Source of the DNA: Monocercomonoides exilis PA203
Lineage: Eukaryota; Protista; Preaxostyla
DNA length: 64,000 nucleotides
Assembly (NCBI GenBank): GCA_001643675.2
Contig: LSRY02000002.1
Location: forward strand, 2,294,001-2,358,000
Direction of reading: 5' to 3'
Below, in pieces: positions 47,801-53,518 of this stretch (positions within the stretch are counted from its first letter, which is position 1; each line of letters begins with the position of its first letter). The position numbers were made by a program, and so were the translations under genes. The notes beneath the pieces were generated by a model that was given only the letters and a program-made list of their open reading frames with translations, was not told the origin of the DNA and did no database searches.

Positions 47801-48164
47801 GAAATAAAGTGAATGCAGGAAAGTTGCTATGACTTTGAAATTTATACTTTGCAGAAATGTTATGAAGACGAATAATCCCTGTTGCTTCAAAAAAGGGAAG
47901 AGAATGACTTTGAAAAATCATTTGGCAATCATCCATCAGGATTCTTGAGTTTTTTCCTATTTCATTTTTGGCTAAGTATTCTCTTTGCATAATAGATAAC
48001 TGACAGATGCATAAACTTGAATTTGCAATTTTCATATTCGCAGAAATACTCGTTTGAGCAAAATTGTGCATTTCTTCTTTACTGTTGTGATGCTTTGTTT
48101 TACACAAATTTGCATGAACTAAATAAAATAACAGCAATATTAATTTTGTTGTTAGTTTTTTCAT
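23823..48164 (-). CDS. Giant 8113-aa type I membrane/surface protein with Pmp-like right-handed beta-helix repeats
   Basis: Single 24.3-kb ORF with a signal-peptide-like start (MKKLTTKLILLLFYLVHA). Many GG(A/G)(I/V/L) and FxxC/FxxN motifs; 15 copies of IPLxYY...D-x3-CG-x5/6-C-x-(T/S). Pro-rich stalk (PGPTPGPGPDPVPNPDP), one TM helix at ~25360..25450, and a ~510-aa charged tail. Confidence 0.85.
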   Translation of the reverse strand: MKKLTTKLILLLFYLVHANLCKTKHHNSKEEMHNFAQTSISANMKIANSSLCICQLSIMQREYLAKNEIGKNSRILMDDCQMIFQSHSLPFFEATGIIRLHNISAKYKFQSHSNFPAFTLFHEFGSLEITTSSFESHSCQYERLSFVHGQFDVFSLRDVLISNFSIQKFRLSSEKTQQEILFSVDEEIADGCTFYHSDNPLSGGIFSLHSTLQSTSICNSTFLMCSTSYSEKRQRYLTFTSSNARSNRDYTVTQTTASFNGDTFTRCTSSSNGGGISCITDNEQMKVEECTFTNCSTTGTGMGGSIYTEYSGAGSCIRKCSFTNSKSVSDGSAIAVHSQKGDFSISNCSIITCSSTNGRGAIFIEMVEDNPSIQMTVSSCSFIRNTASSGSSDLCYNGAQRRLSILSGSSASYSVSDIPHCWISGSISNTQIPFPSGPEIYVNKDTGEDWNNCGFLEEYPCKTVAYAVQIWNETYRAKPIFVVDGNYSESEFAVESKTINIKGNGPDKLFITSKTAQRLGSVKIGSLTLQLMKLLRSAASVPMFAVGESNSSVLSIINCQIVSALTSSQFDYPFFQLLNGTTSITSTTVEEVVMTNTAFIVCSNANLSLYSCNFQHISRQMGDGSTVEMTMTSYSGSFEIDNCSFSSLSSANGNGGALSVVIDHTYTADSMGAFRVAKSSPVSFESCGVPTMESGRKMGGAIAITLGTNAKNFKLFQQTRFTSCSAWKGTNLFVKAPILRSVINHDSIQFVTDETNDAWISLMIGVEDNNETIQIPLIYYFRSLPDEPIYVAANGTDTSACGLLDRCCETIGGVARLRLASSPRTIKVLDSFRFRRVLKLEGYSFSIEPNDPSVVFPFFLDTFTTSQTAPFMCRVSCAISKFHLTIPAQLATCSAAFECANNAELNLTTIEFIPNTGVTQVDYTLILVSRGKLNVDETKLPKVKFLNVPIVSTEGTSSSAVINNAAIDETISTTLEEDGLFVSRSFGILTIRNTNFSNQNNVKHSMMCGDSASLNAENCSFTSISRSSGNGSAVTLEYTSDPSYIYDNKDSLFRNCTFSSCSVSGEKGAGGACFIFIQSDHKFNFDTCSFTQTSAPSDEASSGKGGGIYLRTLKDSPQTCSLNSLTFTSCTAYLGPKLFFEGKNLSALVSNNTFRFAHGLIGPPEDMVSMVGYEDGKFDFLIPLVLYLRDLTNEDFARVGKGDTCKDFSMCGFADYPCRSFKGAGELRFRNKGAKISLLDEFSFCEEELLRYNQYEVYVETQGIARDVENPTYNGSNQNKLIQVQNRVKFENITFNLLPELNTSCIFSLSSSSAVLNFNACEIQIVGHEQELNYSLFNVEAGTLQLSSMAIPPLTFKLSNNRLTNCVTFIIMSGSGSVVIDDYTLDDYFHTDGAPGIITSSSSGSLSFNKVIFSSHNLSQHALVQSTSLGGLNVNNCSFRQIETENTNGSVFSLISQSSSYALVQFSISDSIFENCSSHVAGAKGGAGYFSLGRNAQLIVSNASFANCFVPPDSNNLCFGKAFYVTDGGISDTVQLNDLTFTEDTTVNGSYFFIESPNLGRFTSPAKFSFTFDKYHITNMCGYENGNTSFLIPLECYFWPQIMTETFVYIGTENGHDFSGCGNVTYPCETIAGAKTWRSSTNSLLSACLIPWCFSFKDEILFNVDRYFIYVESKGTAINVTDPSPRAAQPRGFLIIQKITSFENITFAFNPTLRYHQTFFLCESSSLTLTDCAMSSRSPGASNADGSSSSFGFSFATAKGGTITLNNFVLQHTTFSSSFLVSSGIQSELSLNEVELMDVRSTDASLFLAESSGRLSVQNSKFHKVSSSTTQILAATNGEVTIYGSVFEWLSFIGTTLMTIESSNISCSRSTFKYIRSMDVDGSVYSHITSNAASTTHSFTQNTFVYCAATSDQHNGGVFSSILASSMKITIESNNFTYCIVPNSDGILFPLDVPDPESNLVSIAPAGIGKGGVAYFYADQDEYEFVLSNNTYTTCKALVAPILFLDANNLTEMLFGNNKLKEITSSQYFETSTLTNYLGYESRNTSVPIPLAAFLRPRPSPAYVSGWDNEYNFHESSPVFSGGHDFSACGHTDYPCASLSYAVELLFSESARNIVLDGTFFSFDEEYHFADFEYSVTARTPDMEIAIFADVPNPDRHLSLLQVEISSTFSNMAFKFPIECTFGELFTIQNSTAILTLSDISVSMVDANAGTKMYLLSVETGKACINDMTIQNWLGWTIIHAGNEGVIEISNSVFIDCEGLYDQGLIFIISGGTLKCNQVTFSSLSTDDTRVGNEGPLLFFGGSILQMEDCHFDNLIFEDASAFMIDQIMELTMNRTTFTSITRRKKNGACLHIENNCETTILQSSHRSSTLSKFSNSDSSSQHPMKITDCTFTLCSVIENDAEGGAVYAELNDHSPLTFTNSSFENCYAPTEDTSIRTEPFTNDSLHPSLLGKGGGVSLLLKNVTSPYVFDVPNANWQDNQADIGRNIFVLSPDLLQTSTLVAFPNFVFDEWWHKEIVGSQRVEPEVYIPIKYLLQDPTIPLHVFFDGADNIGCGFDEYACKTLSYALNHQRIASTNRPSVILNQRLDMEEQIILDTSYESFTLSPETETPKPALLVNATRIFVSLFQVETVCTFNGISFILPVTMEQKGALENVITQSGSTLTFSSCMIQSTDSTQQIQISLVVVHGGEAVFEDLSFSASLHPSLMTSRLTNAPWISGTASSPALTFGKSLAIVFETRNLNVINDSGSITLKNSIVSDAIFDSSSIVESTNSLKVSVLNSTFSSITRAEGNGSCVWCQCGVTVSSSSNEIEPAVYVDGCTFKRCRVTETKSGGGAVYFEIGQQSSIDVVNTSFEECKAPITEGIVYDPTDQRSDSAKGYTQFGKGGGVFLYVVNESPNFSINTDNFTANEADFGVNVFVSAPLLNKEFVETHFPLLQARATDENFRSMAGYSNRNEDEHIPLVLYLLALEDYVYLSNLGSDTDFCGLQQFHCQTINFALTRFDWTWYHEGDPKILVIGNDVNATNELTLENDDFEFRSIDGTEPHSSSITVNELSLRDETTGKTREQLFVVKTNVCFSRIMLRIPSTLNRRESFLQIEGGECLLINCSLVSTQRLFCIEYTIFSVLSGAFRTELFTIQKSLNNGTNVQLRSSLLDVKGSSATATLNGSIFNDIFENGTNSFITISNNASLSINSSLFENLMLLSNNLIRTLGHHSLKLNSSTFTSIGTTGDGSIFKMGSDSLMNLTNSSSRVPTPSEYLCEVNVFDCTFSGCNSVNVEAKGGTFCELLQSGMAKMSINNSTFSQCTCPSNVGDDEKGKGGGIYLFLDEKDADWEIGPVMTFTENDARWGKNIFIVSEDLNISMNATHRISFYDRDADEHENQIMMGYDQFDPSDAIDLYLYYSAFPETVHLDNDLGSDRHICGREEFPCKTLKKAIDQFLYFENVINICVDYSFLISDEMTISAPEYIVREGIVVNGANNDSMMTMIDRLSLRSHSCVLINTTTKFSSLRFRVLNDLITYKALFTLNGTESTILSFIDCVIASQSRNSIQYPFSMTLSGTLYVKNIILCETTPTASLSSSSSFSSFPSDSFASNRLTRKRASNVALSNTPFLVCDGNKALGEFQEIIWNNERATGTASTFKCTNGGRATLQNCNFNNLNYSSGSLIQLDSRFNLTVSNNTFENISLSDGSLIIVNGKNFLKLSNCTFSAISSNGIRFGCALSIINSMSTASQLQNGAYDMQSNRENAWSKHTVSKNEEEEDYNVIVTNCTFTNCHVKRSQQNGGSMSAQLNTGSSLLINSTSFSECSTAVELTNETNDNRHGGSLWIEMKGEAQSLVQNTSFSSCSVPFEAETATGKGGAVCIYMVNTMPQWSFKSTTFPVLGDSLQNNAMFGRDVFVNSGNLTESLNNDSFDSVLLDNYWFDHSSLEGFDNFSAPAIPLSYYIIPFPHKEVNEGETVISVPVGYVFDDGIDTSACGFVNYTCRSLGWMEERIHNTALSDKACVIVNGTLTFEEDVDNIFASLYIGRDPLRESCFFIIKDSVGGSRPGVINNEALLSITNISLCVPSVLLTHEAVFVYSNGETSITQVCLVPTAENSSIGCVLFVITGGTFCVSSLNIVPVMPYVSEEVSTSDVSVSDLPSIVISSSLLKVSQSSIAEITSMTLQNTKFSSLSVEDNAIFVAKSSSSLSISESTITSLTSSISVIKSVQSSISILQSTFSNMQNLTSPIVEIEDGTQVEINETTFSDLNLISCAVLSFNKANLPVTISNSTFTNISRQSSDGSCISFGKIITTNNGLRNEGSCDLTECSIDDTKPLILVESCDFDNCKIENSTDSPLSDGNGGCLFIQITNEVTAVVNNSNFSSCSAPYQENDTGKGGALYLFLSDPDVNWMIVNPTFPVLGDSTQNSASMGRDLFVSSNSLLISIICCRLPFVDLEAEEHDHTALIGFDSHKEPAISLIFYLMNKQGKPLHVSANGEDTTSCGFEEYHCQSISYSIQLAEEEVSISIIIHSTVYISCPLNERKLNKVNSSENKAQFVVNQTLVQTIPCSSEGEAEPSSTGFIEVSHTLQFQNISFCLPFSLTTQTSFFAQIGGYLTINKADLIPTDPSNGIGYPFLVSTEGGVDISEFEIKPCAFAPILLPESLNDDSDAILRPIKFQNTQFIVASSNATRVILRSILFTETVVVGEKSIIEISDQASLMFSDSNFTSLTEYFASIVKFNGGTLQLNNMIFNNHSRSGTSPVFDLASQSSLTWSHVNISTIVMDGSSIVTVEEGFLSWTDVNITDIISHSNKMISASNGILSIVSGFYTDLRMNESFISTSEVTLTVSDSTFASTISEGNNFFDCTKGSLSMKNCIFSTGTTDYLLVASSLQTSLILDTVLFNENEIRNASLISISKCDVTEIKNISIPQFHSNESSAISFIVTVQGKVTLSNSTFMSISHSGLKGGCISLDVQISEDGRNQEISHQSISIEKCTFDNCIIESRSGVQNTSGAAVFMQLKGSTQLKISNSSFQKCEVSDSPEDSGYGGAICLSFQDDSPDSEISWCISSQSFPLIGSSTFDETKNKATFGRDLFLFSSALFEAVTHSSLPYLSNNPEDYAADDSFDHSSLQGVDLSNLSVIVPLPFIFLPFHVEPGTDPEVPIVYLNSEGIDTRACGFVQYQCQSLHWASLHRCLSSKMIVSVDSHTVLTEEFAYEREGLAIRGIGEQNYFEIDVNRKDSQLGVIGNSHSLSITKLDLCIPSSLSSMHECLLLATDGYTAISSSSIIPKESDSSFNYPLFIAVGGQISIEDFNIIPTIPFSDLRATDILSASSLVSHSNQEVEQSPISINNTSVIILNGTSNVSINNLNIRMAIVSADAPSLLKQNSANLTVSSCLIDGFVNSCSTLLDAVEASTSIINTSISNINFYSSAIKSISHPVLALSLSNFTNVSLSSGDGGCIAFDCRADEASSEDDAESSININQCNFLSGAISSSTEEADGRGGSLFIYSSETVECLITSCTFRKCSAPFEGDTAKGYGGAIYLHMELASTNWKISNPVFPVLGDEDQNNAIFGRDVFISSSSLNETITNDTLPFVSPEYPLGYYFDHSSLEGYNEHNSAYSIPLVYYLLNKHSTIYVSIEGVDTTACGFNEYHCHTLSWALWRQSKANRDATINKTMEFKEELEFSDKTFILTSNDTESNSEMIISEDAANEKNNFFTLSAQCTFNRISFIFGSDVKTHKSLIDHSSQTLTLSYCSLYPFPDTHAINCSFISASGGSVILSHFSLEADSNQDIISSSPFVSKRCIANDEPILSINCTLFALTSASASIFFSSATFGKISVSGDDPLISVCPGATLRMTENSIIEEYSSGHSSFVACDEGSSVNLTSFEVHKSSIADLPFISISKPLNFITFGSRFQNISKESKNGGCICIKGGEDDIVLTCDANNQLIQIHNCTFESCEVSQFASTHRSGNFDSELTDDFVRGGAIFAEISCGVQLEMDDLCCFSCKLPVSSLSNEDECVIKPLSIGGGISLFLNNADVDWRLARLECEPKTGLRANKAMYGRDLFVDSSSLLTTITEDRLQITYIEIHKEDISSMQGFDSRDACLALPLVFLLIPLGTDVFVSNSDGRDVVMCGFQSYTCKTLNYALNRQNNVIIGRVKVIKDIIITDQWDIDRATLVIDGTPIVVDDEGEDTDSELVAFSNSKAISSLPESQQIEQELIYSSWTFVPLSSSSNQLQIGFFESSKRVTISSFKMFLPQTTGGPECFFYQKGGSFQLSICKVQFLAESQPSLNVAFIKSISGDLNINNFVVTHDSAAEALVSFIELSGEGTTFSLSNYVITNITSTNEPLTRNSEETSEGAVANACSFLNANKVQAITLKNGTFSSIQLSTSPMLQIVGVIQISLDSVSFTDITRRGGKGGSLFADQTSLTISQTYLKNCNFTRCSVSNEPLTEIEGMGGGICFLSVKRSRLRIDGCTFSECSAPFGSNENGLGGGLYVSVSSPDGGCDWMVSNPTFYSLDNPLANTAKYGRDIFITSAALNNTIKNESMPFIAPIYPDSYYFDHSSFCGFDQHNPSFSVPIVYYLLDQHPTLYVTSDGVDTTACGYNEYCCQTLPWSIKRQVSNSKDITINKTLELDEEISFSVEINLRSNSSTEQSELIVVNDDTHLQEGVFNNAKSLTTTHISFVVSSLQFHQTLIDQNGQFLNMSATVLVLTPATQSISFHILRATSGTAIVTDFMICTANDTGSSISNDDSAPLKYFTELFCAFNEGTILEINQFTLHSCVQDLSIPNIPLISGTSKSQLHLNSLSFKHIALNNQAVISSSATTDMSITSSVFENIERKNGLGGCLSMLTETTIDSAFSISNCSFSSSSVRKYSSAKSSNLPESNLNSVSKKSRKENSHFSHSKSGFTSDDNCGGAIFVQISAYTTWRADESNFTSCTAPYEANTNGKGGAICVQVDVDTSDFLIHTPHFSENQAELGYNIFICAPVLPNIVNQNTLPFVNLTDFPPDNAMMGYDELNETFPVPLRWYLMPISEWIWVSLTGWNMRVCGFSFMACQSLEYAVQRQRGAERKIYICEEGELRGEMLLDVYKHVITAENVESNALSISSRENESSDRSISKAVVKITNISGVESSMVSIKAETEIHYINFVIGQSLGYHNALFQIQGKSLLLNECALTHSLHEEGIVDYFSFSIAHLTNGTMRIKEFSQTNIRYQNSLFLVEGETTAIFERVQLNMLTSVESSLFNCTTATKNASVSFLNCSFEDLSVLDESSPSFLITRGPKIVMKNVIVENCTSSLSKGSIAAIYFSQVVWQNVSLLEPNIAEGVAFNEEYDEICSWGSSLVHFENSTGSIENSSIKTEMSGGISLIEANIILNDVNFSTFNSMTAQHQLFPSAARDILCEEGSELGIAKSAQETLDEWIYASGCKLKGIANQNQGFVFMPTIHSFQHVISRDPDTYSLFEFKGEKLIPCNISVVLYITWQNETEEELMRLDNTTNYVNETFLEVNVPVELINSSFQSSVSNFDVTFIKAVRLSFELRNPLNETWQTTKFVLANYSKDDPGPTPGPGPDPVPNPDPITKSSDANVLTVGMIVAIALGAATLLICIIAIIICVVICRRNTEDDETVKQEKKQVISDNEKAQDSKTISSEMDSSTANLLPLTKQQYEQQEDKERELGSSDDYNSTMGNDIEMEMLSSTINETSTSLTDSSLRKRKKKKRSSKQVGYNLSSNLSNHKTGESLSDSTESEYSTWDDPAPESKQDSIIGGITYPYREGREGIEIRPEEYLDDAFAEQNELNGFDPIYEVDGMESESKFINGIGEFDPVKEVEGVQLVVHPMNAFGIMDDPMISTTEKKKKKKKKKKGKKGKRSKRLRKPLRETSDSDYTEESSRNEESMSMFSFSTHQSKDWDADGYESVRIDDIPLENIDNEEFVKPDLNDQMIEGYPDEMMRNTAKGRRRKSKQQNNFDNTNEITQIMPTVDMRAPSRMTVSTYFSTNADGDDQTYRPTSSRNSRNEQEEQFEAQNNSVSANPLYFRNSSDIEKQDSGKNSSELFEEQSDRQSDIEQDPSGDENLFDDVKSNDSDNSSKTDSLDDNLEIELAVMEAEQDRLMDQIIQNDGIDVFTKIFI

Positions 48165-48349
48165 TTCGAAAAACTTAAATAAAAAGGAGAAAGTTATCCG
48201 TTTGGATGAAAATGTAAATAATAATGGTTCAAAAATTCAAAAAAAATTAAACAAGATTTATCACAAATGTGAAGTGTGAATGAAATGATACGTGTAATGA
48301 CTTTGAAGTGTATGAAACGCTTTATAAATTTTTTCCGTAAATATTTGAA

Positions 48350-49717
48350 TTATGTTTCTGTTTTTTGTTGTAATTTTACAATCTCTCTTTGTATCCACCA
48401 TTCCCCAATAATATCAACAATCGAAGAAAGAAAGCACAGTCCAGCCACAGACAAAATAAGTGCTGCCCATGCCCAAGCACTTGCATATCCCACTAAGTCT
48501 TGCGTGTCTCGCAGTGCAACGCTTTCCATATCAGCAACAGTGCAAAGGATATAACCAATCATAAACATAACTGCAATAATCCAGTGGATATATCGAGCAA
48601 CCCGTCTCAATCTCTGCTCTTCTGGTGTTCTTCGAGACTTTTGTTCCTCTATTCCCCGTTGTGACTGACCATTGTTTGAGCTGCTTGAACTTGCAGAGCC
48701 CTGTGCACTTGCTTTTGTAAGAGGATTCTTTTTGCTTGAATCGTCTTTATTCAAGTGAAGGTCACCAAACCTCCAATACACATCATCTTGCTTAAGTTTC
48801 AGCCCTCTGTTCTTCGCCTGAGAAATTAAGACTGGAGTTACAATCTTCCCTAAAAGAACACTCAATGTAAAAACTTCATATATTGTTGTAAACACAAGCG
48901 GAAAGAGTGACGGAGCCGCGCATAAATCGTAGATAATTGTTTCCCTTAATGGAGTTATCACAAAAGTGAGGATAACGCAAAGAGAAAACCCTGCCACCAT
49001 TTTTGATAAGGTCGTATTTGATAGAGAAAAGAGTTTTATTAACCACTATATAATTGAATCAGCAAATATCATTCCGGCAAAATAGAAGAATGTTGATCAA
49101 TGAATTCAATTTTTTATCGAAAGTCAAATTGCCAATTGGAAAAAAAATCTTCATTAAACATGACAACATTCAAACCTGAACCATATTTCTTCCCTCTTCT
49201 GCTGCCGTTTGGGCCGTCTTAGTAAGTTTGTGCTCTTCCTTGCTTCTTTGGGCACGTTGTTCTGGAGTGTTGTTAACTTTTGTAAATTCTCCAGTCACTG
49301 GATCTTCAATAAAAACAAAATTATGTTCACGAACTGGATGCAATTGCGTTTTTACTCTCTGGGAAATTAAAAGTTGTTCAGAAGGATTAGGAAATACATT
49401 TTCAGCTTGGAATTGATCATCATTTTGATAAAATTCTTCCTCTTTATCTCCGATTTCTTCTTCTTCTTCTTCCTCGATTATTCCTTCTTCTGTTTCTTCA
49501 TCATCCATTTCTTCTCTTTGTCGGCTTTTCTTTTTATTTCTTTTATCATGGCGTTGTTCTGTATTTTTTTCAAATAAAGAAGAAAACAACAATTACATAA
49601 TTTGTTGAAAAAATATTCAACATAATTTAAATATAGCTATTATTAACCTGGATCACTATCTATTTGAATTTTTGTAGCTTTTTTATTTTTTCTAGTGCTT
49701 GATGTTTCATTTTGCAT
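48350..49717 (-). CDS. Hypothetical 4-TM membrane protein, 3 exons, ~382 aa
   Basis: Exons 49717..49648, 49558..49176 and 49045..48350 join in frame through GT-AG introns. Charged N-terminus, then two pairs of hydrophobic helices separated by a Ser/Arg-rich loop. Family not recognised. Confidence 0.65.
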
Positions 49718-50029
49718 GTCAAAATGCAAAATTCGAAATTCAAGTGATCAATGTTCCAATATAAATTGATTCAAAAAAAAAAAACTGCAATCTAAAGTTG
49801 GATGGAAAATTTAAATAAAAAAATGAAGTGATATAAAATAAAATATAGTTCATTGCTAACGAAATGAAAATATGTTTTGAAAGAATAACAAAAAGATATT
49901 TTATCAAAGTCAAAATTTAAACTATTTTATGTAAGTGCAATAAAAATGTGCAAATTATATTTCTTGGAAATTGAACGCAATAACAAAAAATGCATGATAA
50001 AAAGTGATACAAGCAAGTTTGAATGGTAT

Positions 50030-52824
50030 TCAGCCATTAAAATTTGCAAACATATTGTTTTCTTCCCCGCCCATTTCTGCATTCTCATTGTCATTTTCGC
50101 TTTCTGTATCTTCTTGTTGAGAATTATGATGAGCAACTAACGAATTGTGGTTGCGTCTCAATTCAAAGACAATTATAATAACAGAAAATATAAGCACGTA
50201 AGTGTCCCAAGAAATATTGCCAAACGCTTTCGATACACGATGTGTCATAGAAGAGTATATTTCTCTATAGTCTGTAAAATATATCATAATAATCACATAA
50301 TACATCACATGCAAAAACAGCTTCATTCTCTTCACTTTAAGCATTGCCATTCCGAAAAGCTGCTGAATGACCTCTTTGCGCTTCTTGGTTTCCATGGCAG
50401 TGCTGTGGAAGCAATTTCGCTGAAATGTGTCATTCACAGAAGAAGAAGACAGCATGTCTGGCTCTGGAATATTCAGCTCAGTCATAAAGACAGAATACTT
50501 TTCAGAATTCATTCTGACTTCGTCTCCAAAATCACCAAATTCCAACATTTCATCTAAGCTATCATTGGTGCTGTTATACTCTGCTGATTCTGATTTCTCC
50601 TTTGTGCTTACATTTGTGTCATGTTTGCTATTCGGTTGTCTGACCACATCGCATCCCCACCGAACTCCGATCTCTTTCTTTGCCACCATCAACGCCAGAC
50701 GAATCAGCGCATCTCCTTCGCCAACAAGCCGATGCTCCACTTTAATCGATCGTATTGTCGGAGAAAGCATCCAATGCGACAGCGACTTGACCCACTCAAC
50801 AAGATTGATCGACTTCTGTGGGACAGCCCGAGCAATCTCATTCATGTTCTTCTCCCTCGAATATGGCCCTTTGAACCTGAATGGTGTGATTGACCGCGAT
50901 GCCTGCACATACATAAAGGCAGCTTGCCTGTACAGCTTCAGCGAGCGCAAGAAGTCTCCCAAAAGCAACAGCGCTGGATGTGAATTGTGCTTAGCAGCAA
51001 CCAACAAGAAGTCGATGCCACGCATCCCTCCAACGCACGGCTTGTCTCCTCCTTCAGACTTCATACACGCCTCTCCAATCTGCGTCAGTATCTCCACATT
51101 GCCTTGCATAGCCAGACTGACGGCTTCCATGAAGTCGCTCCACACTTCAGTTTCCTTTTTATTGTTTTTTTCATTCTTTTTGTATGTTTCTATTTGCTTT
51201 TTTAAAGCTTTTTGCGATTTTTCTATTAAAAACAGACAGAATAAAAAATACATTGAAATTTGCTCAAATGTTTCATGAAAACAACTAATTGATGCACACT
51301 TGAAAACTGCGAAGGCAGGCTGTTTTTGTTTCTGCTCTGCATGTTGATGTCTGTTTCGATTTCAGAATATGAAGCATTTGATTTCTGGAGTTCTTCCATC
51401 AATCCATACTCCATCCAAGCCTGCTGCGCTTTGTTGTGCTTTCGAATAAGCCCCATTTTCACAGTGTTGCTAATTCCATGTGCTGATTTGACAAAGCTCT
51501 TTGTGGTGTTTGGCGAAGCAGACGACACCATTTGCAGCAAGCGAATGGCTTCTTTGCACAAATGGTCTCCCTTTTCGTACCAATTGCTGCCAGAGAAGAA
51601 GTTAAAGCCGTTGTAGAAAGACAGCTTTCCATAATTTAATTCGTGCATCATGTCTTCGCTTATTTTATACCCTTTCGCTTCCAGCCGATGTTGATAGATA
51701 AGCATCGCTCGTCGTTGAAGCAAAATGTTTGCGTAATGGTATGTAGCTGTCAAATGCTCGTTTAGTGCTGCTTTGTTTAACATCTGCTCGGCATAGTCCA
51801 TATTTCTCTTAACTGGCGAAGGGCCAATCAATGACAGTATTCCTGCAAGATACATTCCTTCATATTCCCCTTCGTTTGCTGCTGCTCTTGCCAGTTTGTA
51901 TGCGTGTCCATAATCATGCTCCATTATTTTTAAAAACGCCAGACCAACATATGACCTTGTATTTCCTTTTGCAATTCCTGCCACAAAATGTGCATGAGCA
52001 TCTTGCAGGCTTATTTCTGTCCCAAGGCCATACATGTACATGATCCCTAGAAGGCAATGTACTCTTCCTGATTTTTCTGGCAAAGAACTTAACGATTGAA
52101 ACCCTGTTTCAAAATCACTTAAGAAAAGTCGCTTCTCGTATGTTGACATCGAATTTTCCTCCACAAACCCGAGAGATTGAATTAGTGAAACGAATTCGTT
52201 ATATTTTCGAGCATTTTTAACATTGATATTTAATCCTTGCTTTACATCGATGCAACTGTCATTGGCTTGTTGTTCGACACATGGAGGAATAACAAAAAGC
52301 CATGACGTTTCGATATCGGGAAACAAAAAGCTTTTTTGGCAGCTGACTAATGTTTGCTCTGATATTTCCGAATATAGTTGTGCAGCATACTCGCAATCTT
52401 CTGAAAACCCTCCAAAATTCTGAGAAAATGGTGATGTAAGTTGGAATGCAAGTAATTTTTTTGCTGTTAAACTATGCTCTGCTGCAAATGCATAGTACAT
52501 CATTGCATTCCCCCAATTTATTGAAGAAGAATTTCGAAAAAATCCGTTTTTGAAGCCGAGTCCAATACTATTAAAAAGGCCTGCATATTCTTGAGATTTT
52601 GCATGACCATTTGCAGCTCCTTCTTCCAATGCTGATAAAATACTTGAATAATCTGATGTTGGTGATAACTGTTGAAAATTGATTAAAAAGTGTTAATTTC
52701 AAAAATTGGAAAAGAAATAAACATGAGTCAAGAAATTTTCAGATTCATTATTCAATTGATGAGTTCCAAATTCCTCACAAAAGCAAAACTGCAAGATCCA
52801 TAAAAGTGTGGATAATATTCTCAT
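50030..52824 (-). CDS. SEL1L: SEL1L/Hrd3-like ERAD adaptor with Sel1-like repeats, ~887 aa
   Basis: Exons 52824..52723 (signal peptide MRILSTLLWILQFCFC), 52668..51300 and 51222..50030. Motifs AMMYYAFAAE...EDCEYAAQLY, LGIMYMYGLG, AANEGEYEGMYLAG and ALLLLGD; C-terminal SWDTYVLIFSVIIIVF TM helix resembling SEL1L WDLYL. A further short in-frame intron near 50270-50310 is possible. Confidence 0.75.
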
Positions 52825-53518
52825 TTGTAATTTATCTCAAAAATCAAATCACCTGAAACAATACACAACAATTTTTAGAAAAAAAAACATGTTTCATTTT
52901 TCAAAATACGTTCGATCAGTAAATCGTTCTTATAAAATAGTACTTCAAACCAATAAATAATTTTCTGTTTAAATCACTAAATTTCAGCAAATATTCAACA
53001 TAAAAGTTTTTGATGTCTAACCATATTAAATTATTTCTTATTAAAATTTCTATTGTGGAATGTTTGCAAAATCCACAATTATCATTCAGTGTTTGGAATT
53101 CAAAGCAAAATAACTATATTATTATTAATCAAGTTGCATTAAATTCACAAATGTTTTCTTAAAGATGAAATATTTATTGAAAAATGTTCGAGCATTTCAA
53201 TCTCTTTCACATTTCTTTATTAGTATTTTTGCGCATTTAAAAAATAGAAAATGTGTATTAAAAAAGAAAAATATATCTATATGATTAGTCTTTTTATAAT
53301 TCCAATTAATTCTGTTTTTGAATATTGAAATTGAAAAAATAAATCCTAATTAAAAAATTCATTTTCAGTCAAAAAATTTTTTTCATTTGCAATTTTGTTG
53401 TTATTCTTATAGCTATCAAACAATAAAGAAAATAAAAAAAGCAAAAAAAAACTTAAAAAAATAGAAAAAGATGATCATTGATCCCATTGCGTCCTGATTT
53501 TGTCAACTGGATTAAATA

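Noticed and set aside
50427-51278. 283-aa antisense ORF over SEL1L
   Set aside because: Codon-register mirror of a GC-richer coding segment, with no recognisable protein features.
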